Positions 11,101 through 23,100 of a stretch of DNA of 64,000 nucleotides are shown one piece after another. The stretch is from positions 19,778,001 through 19,842,000 of the forward strand of contig OZ241829.1 of the NCBI GenBank assembly GCA_965202585.1, given 5' to 3'. Position 1 is the stretch's first letter. Every line of letters starts with the position of its first letter. The notes under the pieces were generated by a model, which saw nothing but the letters and a program-made list of their open reading frames with translations, had not been told where the DNA came from and did no database searches. Position numbers and translations under genes: made by a program. This DNA is from Thalia democratica. Its lineage: Eukaryota.

Positions 11101-14100
11101 GTTTCAAGTTATTCAGTTTTCAGTGTGTGTATAGCGTATTTGTATGCCATTGAAATAAACTAAAACAATTTACAGACTACTTAGGCTTCAAAACACTTAT
11201 TGTTTAGCTATTTTTGTGTTGGAATTAATGCTAAATATTATGGATTTTTTATTTTATTTAGTATAAAGTTTATAAAAATTGTGGTTTTATATTGTTCAAT
11301 GGATAAGATTAACATTTTAACTTGCAAACAATTGAAAAACGAAATTTACAAAAGCTAGATTTTGTTTATATTTAAAATAAAACTTAGCTTATCACTTTTT
11401 ATTGTAAAAACTAACTCAGTTAATAACTGTACATTCTTAGTTAGACAAAGGCTTATTAAAAAAAAAAAACTTTCAATGCTGTTTTAATTTATTAACTAAA
11501 AAAATCCTAAACCTTAATGTTTTTTTGTTACAATAAACGTTTGGTGTTTAAAGTTATATGCATATATTAACGTTATACATTTGTGAAGTCACAAACTATC
11601 AGTGTAAACAAAAAGTGTTGCGTGGTTTAATAAGTTAATTTTTACTTGTATTTTTAAACTTTTAAGTGACAAAAAAATTAAACAATTGTATTTACGATGA
11701 AATGATCTTCGTTTGTAACATAGTATTCTTAACAATGTATTCATAGCAAATTTTAAGTGTAAGTTTAGGACAATTGACTTTGAAAGGTTTTGTAAGTACA
11801 AATAGTTTTTTTTTTTGTTTAAAATGTTTTATGAGCATTGAACTGAAAAACTGGTTTGCTAAACATCAAGTCAGCAAAAGTGTACTTTTTATTTAGTCAT
11901 TTAAGTGTCTGTTACGCAAAATAAACTTTTTAAGCTTTTCACTGTCAGTTATGATAAAAGATTATATTGAACAATTAATTTTGCTTTATAATGTTTTATT
12001 TTTGTACATTTTTCAATTTTAAAAATGTAAAGGTGTAAATTATTTATGATAACTTTACTTAACCGCATTAAGGTAACTTCTTTTTTAAAAAATATAAACT
12101 GAACTGAATGTTTATTTATCTTATGTTTGTTTGAACTTAATTATGTTTGTTTTAACTCTTAGTTTACAAAATACAAACTAAGAAAAATAACATTTTTAAC
12201 TAGACTTTACTGTAAATTAATAAAAGAAAGTCTAGCTCAGTTGTAAAACAATTTAAAAGTGTAAATGTAAGTAATAAACAGCCATATAAAAAATATATTA
12301 TTCAAAAGTTGTTATTTTTGGTAAAAATTATCAATTGCGTTCATAAATTATTATTTTGCTACTTTATTGCTTTTTCTACGTTAGGTAAATTGTTAAACTA
12401 TCAACAAAAGTAAAACTATGCATAAAGCAGTTGTGCAAAAAGTTATAAAAGTAATTAAGAAAAGAATAAACCTAAATAACACAAGTCAACACATTGTTAA
12501 ATTTTTTTTAGTTTTTCTATCAGAAAAATTCAATAACAAACATATAAATTTAAAAACATAAATTTATTTTATTGAGATTTTCTTTTTTGCACAATTTTTA
12601 CACATGTTTTTCAATTACCTTGGACAAATTCTGCAGCAGTTCTTTTGTCGCCTGGTTAATTTTTGGTTTAGTTTCTGAACTGGCAATCTAAATAATCACC
12701 TCATTGTTAGTTATTACAAAATAAATCAGCCTCGTGTAAATCTTTTTTTTCTTAACTTAATTAAATCTTATTTTGAACATTTTTTACCGTAAAAGTTAGT
12801 AATTTTTTATTTAAAATCTTTTTGTAAAATAAAAACTTTGAGAAAAACTTAAAAACTTCTTCATTGTAAAACTGTTTAAATATTTTAAAATTATTCAAAT
12901 ACTTTTAGCTTCTTTTCATCATGCGCTCTACTACACTAGTATTGTAAGTACAACTACTTTCATGCAAAATAAATATCTGCTTTAATCGTTTTAACAAGTA
13001 AAGTTTACATTTTAGTTCTTTTTATTTATAATATTTTTTTATCCCTGTTCACCTGTTGCGCTTGTTGCGGTTCCTTCTGCTTCGCCTCCCCTTTGGCCTC
13101 CCCCTTCTGCTGCTGCCCTTCCTCGGTCGCCTCCCGACCGTCCTTCTCGTCGGCCGACTTCTCTTCGGCCTTCTTCGGTTGCGGAGGCCTGCTGCCCGCC
13201 ATGTTGTTCACCACTTGGTGGCTTTCCTGCGTGTGCTCGTTTGCCGCGTCCACGCGAGCTCTGAAGAAGAAAAAAATTATGAAAAGTTAAAAGAAATTTT
13301 AACTAACTTCTAAAAGAAAATATTTTTTGAGACTTTTAGGAATAAGTTTTGAAAAAACTTATTGATGGAGCAAGTTTGTCTGTAGATAGCTTCTTTTATT
13401 TGTTCATTATTTATTTTATTATTATTTATTTCATTATCTATAGTGAGTACTTATGATAAAGTTATTAAAATTTTAAGTTTAAACAATAAATTTCAATCAC
13501 AGTCTTCGTGTTGTTGCAAACACGAAATTGTCAAACCGTGCTTGATGCGTTGGTAACTAAACTAAACTGAACACATAATTAAGTACACAAGTGGTCGGTA
13601 TTTTAAAAATTGTTGATATAAAGTGAAAATTGTTCAATACCAAAACACGCACAAATTACTGAAAAAAAAACGACAAACACTTAAAACTGTCTGACTAAAA
13701 CTAGTTACTCTAAAGTAAAATTTTCAGCAAAAACTATTCAACTATTTGAAATCGCAAAAAAATCTCCCGCCAAAACTATTCAACTATTTCAATTTTCCCG
13801 CCAAAACTAACTGCCTGATCTTGCCCTCGACGACCCACTTGTCCCTCCTCAGGTTGGCCAGCCCGGTCAGGCTGTGGTCGATCTTCCTGACGATGGGGGT
13901 GCTGCTGACCAGCTCGTCCACCAGGAAGCCCAGGGTCATCGCCTTGTTGTCGGTGCTCAGCGCGGCGAAGGACTTCGTCTCCAGCTCTTCGCAGACCTGT
14001 TGAAAAAATCGAGCATGAGTAGACAGTAAAGTTAAAGAATCATTTAAGGTTTCAAAGAGCTTTAGGCCTTGATTTAAAAAACTTTGTTGTAATTCGTTTT

Positions 14101-17100
14101 TTACAGTTTAAAAACTATAGATTATTGCAAACCACTAAAATAATAAAATTAAATAATTGTTTGTAACTTGATAGAGCTTTACCAAGCCTTCGACCTTAGT
14201 TTGACAACTTTTTGTTTAGGTTGTTTTTTGCCATTTATAAACCAGATCTCATTTTAAACTGGATTTAGTTCTTCACATTTTAATTTGAAATGTGATTATA
14301 ATAACCTTTTATGGCTTTATAGTTATTAGTACATGTTGTGATGTAAATGTAAGGAAATATACAAATAAACATACCAATTACTTTTAAGTGTTGATAACCA
14401 AAAAAATTTTGTCAGTTTTTATGTTGATAACTTTGTGATAAATAACTTGAAAACGAAAGCTTAAAAGCAAAATTTGTATAAAAGTTTATATAACTTTGTG
14501 ATTAAAAAGAAAGTTGTATAACAAACCTGCTATTCATTTTAAAAAGTGGTTTTAAAACTGGTTATTTTGTGAATCATGTTTCCTAATTGTTTTATGTTTA
14601 TAATAATTTTAAACTTTTACATGGAGCTTTGTGAAAAAGCTTATTATGCATAAAATAATGCTTTGTCGTTAAAAGTTTTCGTTTTCCAATCAAACTTTTG
14701 TCGGTTTTTTGATGATAAGATTGTAAAAACAATACTATAAATTGTTGCAAAAAAAAAAAAGATAAGAGAAGAGCTTTGTAAACGTCATAATTACTTTAGA
14801 CAAAAGTAATTAGTATAATAACAACTCGTTTGAAAACACAAACAATTCAATTAAAATTACATCTGTTTTTCTGCCGTGCCTGGCCCACAAAAACAATCTG
14901 AGAATTTCGGAATAGTTTTCTTCTTCGACGTTGACTTCTGTTACTTTTGAACCGTTGGCGCATGTGAACTGTTTAAAGATAATCAAATATATATGACACT
15001 AAACAAGTTATTTTTTTTAAATGTTAGTTACTTTTTACATAGAAAAAATGGTAAAGTCTTTGGCAAGGACACTAATAAAAGTACAGTATCCTCTTTTTTT
15101 CCTTTTTAAATTTTTTAAAATCTGAACTTAGATAAGTCAGGTTTTCTTAAACTTATATATTTAGCAAATTTGAATAATTTTCAAAATAATTATGAAAAAA
15201 AAAACTAAAAATAAAATATTAACAAAACCAACCCAAGGACCGGGGACTGGCACTCCTGGGTCGCAAAGACCATTATAAAGCAGGCAAATGGTCAATTGGA
15301 CCATACAGTGGACGTACTTGGGGTGGTTCAACACCGCAAGTTTCAATTCGTCGAATGTGGGGATCACTAGTGGTTGTTCTGACAAGTATATAAATAATTA
15401 GAGGTTGTTCTGATAAGTATATAAATAATTAGAGGTTGTTCTGATAAGTATAGAAATAATTAGTGATTGTTCTGATAAAGAAATAACAGTTTGACAACTG
15501 TATTACAAGTTTATATTAATTGTCATAAGTTTTGTTTTCTTCCTAAAAATTGCTGTGGTTGTTAGTTTTCGAGGTTTATATAAATATTATTAACAATAAT
15601 TAAATTAGTAAAATTTCCAGTAAGATTAGCTTGGAGTTATAAGCAAATTTGAATTTTGTTATGTTTAAATTATCAAACAAATTAAATATTCGATAATTAA
15701 CCATTAGGGGTCTTGAGGGCATCTTTGAAATTATGTAGGAACTCAAGAACCATGAGAATGTCTGCCGTTTGCAACCCGTTCAGCTCCTCCTTGGCGTTGT
15801 AGTCTTCTTTGGACAACCATGTTCCTAGAGTACAAAAAAAACATTAATTATTTTGTTTATTTTGAAAAAAATCATTCATAAGTGTTGAAACATTCATTTT
15901 TGTTGTATCAGCCGAAATGTAGCTGTTCCAGAAACAAAGAAAGCCCTTACAAGCTCACTACAAGTTAAAATTTACGCCTAAGTGCATTCACAACGAAGTA
16001 AACTTGGAAATAATTACAAAACTTTTAACAAAATCCCACCTTGCACGGGTTTGATCTCTGGGAGAGAATTGTTGTGCTTCAGCGTGAGATCCTCGTAGGT
16101 GATCTTTTTCTGCGCGGCGATCGCTAGTTGCAGCTCTCTTTCTTTCTGTAGTTACAAATAAACATGTACTACTTATTTAGTACAAATAATGTGGCATTCA
16201 AACGTATACGTATTTGAATTCAACTTTATTTTAAAACTTTGCTAAGATAATTAGTAAAACTATCTATTTTTCGATACCTTTTATTTTATTGTTTTATATT
16301 TCTAACACAAAATTTATTATGGACATTTATATTTCACCATAATTTTTAGTAACTTTATAATACTACGCGCAAACTTAATAACTTATGTAATATTCAAAAC
16401 TAAATATTTTTTGTTTTTTATTTTATTTCCCCTGTTCCCCCTCTCACCTGTTTCTTCTCCTTCTGCATGAGCTTCTCCACCCTCATCTGTTCCCTTTTCC
16501 TGTCTCTCTCCTCCGCCTTCCTCCTTAACTCCATCTGCTTCTGCTCGATCAGCTGCATCCTCCTTTCATCTTTCTCCTGTTGATGTTTTGTATTAAAATT
16601 TCACAAAAAAATCCAGATTATTTATACTTTTCTAGTCCTCAGAAAAAAGTAAAAAAGTTGTGAAGATTTTGATTTTTTTTAACTTTTACATTTTTAATTA
16701 CAAAAACTGTTTTAAAATGTGAATTTTACTAACTTTCTGTTTAGTTGCTTGTCAGTACAATCACAGGCATTTTAAACTGATTTTGTACATTAAAGTAAAA
16801 ATTTGCCACAGAAAAAAATTATAAGTAAGTTATTTTTATGTAAATTTTTGTAACTAACTCTTTGCTTTCTATCAGCTTCTTGCTGTCTGATTTGCATCGC
16901 CAATTCTCTCCTTCTTTGCTCCTAAATTAAATATTTTTAATGATAATAATTTCAAACGCTTTGTTGATAAAAAACTTGCAAAACTCATGCAAAAATCAGC
17001 TTTTATAAAATTAATTACAGTGATAAATGATTTGTACAATAACATTATTTAAGGTTTATTTCTATTTAGTACTTCATATACTTTTGTAAGAAAATTTACT

Positions 17101-20100
17101 ATAAATTAATGTCAAAAAATAACAAACAAATTCGATACAAAATTTTAATAAAAAATCGACATTTTTTAACATTATCTGTAAACAGCAGCAAACTTAAAAC
17201 TTTACACTTTTTTTTGTACTGGTTTCAAACATTTTAAAATAAACTAATAAACACCACGGTACACAAAATACGCATTTTAGCAAAAAGTAACGAAATATAA
17301 TACGAAAGTCTTTTTTGAATTTTTTTCGATAAACAAATTGACCACCTCCAGAAACTTTTGTTGATATTGTCGGTTCATAAGCTGCATCTGGTACTTTTAA
17401 TACAAAACACTTTGTTAAATAAAAAAGTAGAGCAACAAAATAAAAATTATAAAAATAAAGCTTGTACATATGAAAGGAAAAAAGTTAGTTTATTAATTGC
17501 TAAAAAACTTTTTAGACTTATGAGCATTTTTATTCCTTATTTGCTATTGTAAAAGAATTTAAAAAGTTATGTTTTGAAATATCGTTTTACAAGTTTTATA
17601 AAAAACAGACAAAGTTGTCCGAAAAAAAAAAGTTAGTTTTTAAAAGTCCACTGAGCAACATAACACGTGACAAAACGAAAACTATGACTTCACACTACTA
17701 TGGCGTAACAATGTATGGCATCACACTACTATGACGTAACACTCACCTCTTTCAAATGCTCTTCCCTCATCTTCTGAAACAGGATCTGCTCTTGCTGCAT
17801 CTGCTCTTGCTGCATCTGCAGAAACTTTTCCTGCTCCTCCTTCTCCTTTTGCTCCTGGGCTGTTGTTAGTACTAGGTATTAGATCAACGAAAATATGATT
17901 AATTGGTAAACTTTCTGTCTATTAAAAAAAATACTATCGTGGTTTATTGTTCAGAATTATTATTTTTTGTTTTAGGTTGGTGGGTAGGAAAATGTCTAAA
18001 GTTTGATTCTTATCATTATATATAAAAAAATTAATAAAAAAAAAAAAAAACTTTTTATCACAGCTGTACCTGAAACGTTATTAGCTTAAGAAAAACAAGC
18101 ATCCTTCTACAAGTTTTCCAATCCTTTTGAAATCTAATAAAAATAAAAACAAACTCCCAACCTTTCTTGAGCTCCATGTTGTTCTTTTGGTCGTCCTTGT
18201 TGTTGGGATCACTCATCCCGTTGTCTGCCTCCAGCAGCTTCTGCAGGTCTTGCCAACCCATCAGCGTTGACTGTTGGTGTATGAAAAAAAATTAAAAATA
18301 AATAAATTCATGAGCTTGAATTTGATTTGAAAAAACATCTAATGAATGTCATGCTCGAGAGAAGGTATACGTTTTTTTGCTATGTAAAACAAGATGGTCG
18401 GTTGCAAGTAGAGCTTATTAAAAACAAGTTAAATGTTTTTAGATTTTAGCTAATTTGAACATTTAAAACAAAACAAGTTTGGTGCTAGTAAAATACAGAA
18501 AAAAAAAGTTTTTCTTTTTTTTAATTTATTAAAGTATATTAAAACTAAAAAACTAAATACTTAATTAAGTAAAAATTTAAAAGGTTAATTAATAAAAAGA
18601 TGAAATTAAACATTTACAAAATTTGATTGCAAAAAAACTAATTTAAATCAATATTAAAGCACACAAATAAAAGAAGCAAGCATAGATCATTTAAGCATCG
18701 GTAAAGTATTTTTTTAAACTTTTTTATTTATTTTTTAATAATTAATTTTTAACTACCTTATTGCTAACTCCTTCAGGCTGATGCATCAAACGGAATTTAA
18801 ATATCTACATTTTTACAAAAAGTTTGTTAATAAGCTACTCAAACAACTTTGTTAGTAAACAACTGAAAAATAAGCTTTGTTAGTAAACTACTCAAAAATA
18901 AGGTTTTTATTAAGCTACTCAAAATAAATTTGTTAGTAAGCTTCGTCAAAAAACAAACATTTGTTAGTAAATTATGTCGAGTTTAATGATAGCTAAAGAT
19001 TTTTGAACTATACATAAAACACTACATAAAGTATGATGTTAACAAACAATAAATGAAAAAGTGTGATACATATATGTTTTTTAAGTTTATTTTAAAATAG
19101 GTTGCTAGCATTAAATTGTAGGCAACAAGAATCACAACTTTTTAAAACTAAAAAAAATGTTAGTAAACTTGTTAAACTTTTGCAGATATGCGTTAAAATA
19201 AAGTTACAATAAAATTACTTCAAACTTAAAAGTGTTATCAAAACAAAAAGTAATTACATTGCAAAAAAACAAATAAATTGCAAGCAAAGAAAGCAAAGCA
19301 CGTTCTACAAAACTACTTTTGAAATGAACCAATCATGAGCAAGTATTTATTATCCAATCACAAACCTCGTTGCCATGCTGGTCTTTCTGTACCAGGTTTC
19401 CTATTGGCAGTTCGCCGCTGAAAGAGAAATTGCTGAGTGCGAGCTTGCTAGGGTTTTGCTTCAAGTACTGTTGGTTTAAAACAATAATATTAGAACTTTG
19501 TTTGAATGTTATATAAATATGTTAACCTTACTGCAACATTTTGTCTTTTTAGTCGCATTAAAAGCTACTTTAAAAACTTAGTTGATTAAATTTTAAGATA
19601 ATAAATCTTTAATGCGTTCATACTAGGTTTAACTTTATCTTGTTTTTTAATAATTTGTTAATTTTTTTGTAATTTTCTGATGCTTCAAAAATTTTTCCCA
19701 GTTCTATAAATAATCCATGAAAAAAAAATCATCAAACTATTCGTTGTCCGGTTGAAGCAATTTTTGAAAAAAAAATTAGAAAAATGAACTATATTAACCT
19801 CTGCAATTTCTTGTTGGTTCTTAAGAGTTTTACCATCGGGGGTTTTATAAACTACCAATGAGGGGCTGGGTTGCGCTTCCAGTATGCCTTCCATTTGAAT
19901 CTGAGTTTGAAAATGTTTTAAATTATGTTTATCAATTTGCGTTTTCAATTAATGTTTTAATAGAATTAAGTACTAAACTAGTAAGTAAAAATTTTTGAAG
20001 AAATTATAAGTTATTATGATTTTAAAACTAGGTAACAACACTTATAGTGTAATTTTATAAAAATTATTTGTTCTTTGATTTCTTTTTATTAACAAAATTT

Positions 20101-23100
20101 AAACTTATAGAATTCATGAATTTACGCCTCGTTAAATTAATTTTGAGAGTTTTGAATGAAGCTTATATATTTAGTTTTTTGTTTATAAAATAAACAAGAT
20201 GGAAACTAGGTAAATTAATATCTTAAAAAATATTAAAAGTTATATTAATAAACACAAAAATATAGATCAAACTAAATTAATTAACTTCTGCATTTAAATT
20301 ACTCATGTGTTATAGCATTATATCAATTTTTTTTTTCCTTTATTACATATACAAATAGTAATTACCACTCTAGTCCAGCCTTGGTAGATCGGTAAGAATA
20401 ATTCATGATGCTCACTCCTAAATTGCGACACTGTAAGAAAAGATAGATAAATTAACAAAATAGAGCATACTATTGGTATTAAATACTAAAATGTAGTTTA
20501 CAGAGTAAAAAATGTCTGCATATAAATAAATAGATAGTATTAAAAGAAATAAACGTACTTTTGCTGGAGCCTTCTTCTTTAGCTGATGATTTGTTTGGTT
20601 TGAAATCTGGCGTTTTGGCTGTAAAAATATAATTTCTAAAAATTTAAAATATTATGACAACAAATAATAAATTTATTTTAATACTTACAGCATTGTGGCT
20701 TTTGTTCTTGAGTACCCTGTAAAAAATAGTGTGTTTTAACAAAACATAATATAATAAAACCTAATGAGTTAGGGAATACACTACATATAAGTATAAAAAT
20801 AAATTTTGAAGATGTACTATTCAACATTGGAATTTGTTCTCTGAATACACTTAAAATTTGTTTTAAGTTCAATTAACTTACAAAAATATTCACTTTTATT
20901 TTATAATAATATAAATTATCAAACAAACATTAGCGTAGTTGTTTTTCTGTTTCGGCACAGTCCATTTGTCGAACTGTCCGCTTTCTGTTTTCTGCTCTTT
21001 AGCACCATCAAGTGTCGGTGGTTGGTTGACGAATCCGGATTGTTCAATTATCTTCATCATTTCTGCCATCATCTGTGTATTAGTTTGGTTATAGAACAGA
21101 AAGATTAAGCTTTAATTAAGTATAAATTAAAATTAAGTTAAAGCTTAATTATTTTACGGTTCAATGTAAAATATCATTTGTGTTTTTTTTTGTTTAACTT
21201 CAATCTTTTATGCTGAAATAGAAGTAGAAAAAATAAAAAGTAAGTTTGAAAGTTTAAGTATCAGAACTGCTGTTTCTAATAAAGCTGTATTAAATTGAAG
21301 CAAATTGTAATTTAAAAATAAGCTGCTTATTTATAAAGTATTTGTTTATTTACAGAGCAAACTTTATTTGCTTTGTGTGTTTACTTATAAAAGTTTTGTT
21401 TCGTTATAAAACAAACTATACATTTTTATTATATATTTTTTGAATATTTTTTATAACTTAATCCCAAACTTGAGCATGTTCTTTGTTTATTGGTGGAGTA
21501 TTCTTTAATTGATCTATTGCCCTCTACATTTGTACAAAAAGTGTTTGTTAGTAAGTTGCATAATGATATTTGTGTTAGTAAACTTTGAAAAAACTTAACT
21601 ATCAGTTATTTAAAGCACGAATTAAATTTTTATGTTTACAGGTTTTATAACGATTTTTTTTCATCAGTCAATAAATTTACACGTTGTTTTATTATCATAA
21701 GAAAAAATGTTTTGTAATGATAATAACATTATAAGCAAAGCTTCGACCAGTATAATGGTTTATATTTGATGACTTCTTAATTTTTATTGAAGATTTTTTC
21801 CGTGAGCATTAAAAATACTGTGCGTGACTTTAATTAGTCCTTAACTTACTTGCTAAGTTATCTATTGTTTCTAATAAATTTTTTATATTTTTGTCTACTT
21901 TCTTTCACCTGAGGATTATTGAACATTGTTTCGAGTTCCTGCTGGAAATTCTCCTCCGTGATGTTCTTTCCCGGGTTGAGTTGCTGCGCGCAGATCTTCA
22001 TCATCTCCATGAACATCATCATCTGCTCGTCCTCGGATGGTACCTGCGTGCGTTTTTGTGAGGAGTATAAAAATTAGAAAATCACAACGATCGTCAAATG
22101 GTGTTGCAGTAGTTAAATGTATCTACAATTACTTGAGATAATTGTGAACTGGTATTTGTAAATTTGTGTTTGAGAAAGTTTTAAGATGTATAAACTTGCT
22201 GTCACGATAACCGTTAGCTGTTGATGAATTGTTTTAGAAGTGTTTCTTTTTTGTAAGTCTGAGCCAACTACATTGTTTTTTTACAGTTGGTAAAAAAACG
22301 GCAGTTGCTAGTTTTGTTCGCTAACTAGTAGATGGTTTAAATAAGTCTACGAATATATACCAAACATATTATTTAACACATGAGCATGCATATAACTTTC
22401 AAAATTAAAAAAACTGAAAAAGCTAAAGTTTAATGTTGGCAATTGATAATTTGTAAATTAAATAACAGGTACACGCATGTGTCTCAGATGTTTTAAATAA
22501 TAAATGAGTTTTTCTGATTACTATTATGTTTTATATATTGTGTACCTGCATGTAGCTATTTTATGTTAAATGAAGGTCTTTTTAAAAAAATACAAGATTT
22601 TTGAGCATCAAAAGTTTATTAATTTTTTTTTCACTTCAACATTGTTTTTTTATTATTCAAAATATGTTTTCTTATTGAATATGCTTTGAAATAGTTTATT
22701 AAAGTTTTTACCTGTTTCTGCGGAATTTTGCTCGTGGAAGCCCCCGACGGCAGCTTCTCCTTCTTCAGCAACGGGGATTCCCTCATCGACGAACCCTTCT
22801 GCTGCTGCTGCTGCCACTGCGACGACGACGGCCTCGAGGAGTTGCCCGCTTTCACCGCGGGGGACTCCCTCGACTTCTTTTTCGGCTTCTTCTGCTTCTG
22901 CATCTGCTGCTGCTGCTGGGCCTCCTGGATCTGCTGCATCTTGACGATCTCCTCCGCCATCTGCGCGATCTGCGGGTTCATTCCCGGAAGCATGGGGTTC
23001 ATCCCGCCCGCAGGGTTCTGGGGCATCCCCGGGAGCGCTCCGGTCGCCATCATGTAGTTCATGAGCAGCTCCTGCTCCATTTGCTGTTGTGACGTCACAT

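Noticed and set aside
15373-15480. 31-bp array as a CRISPR-like repeat
   Set aside because: Head-to-tail units with no unique spacers, eukaryotic intron context, no cas genes.
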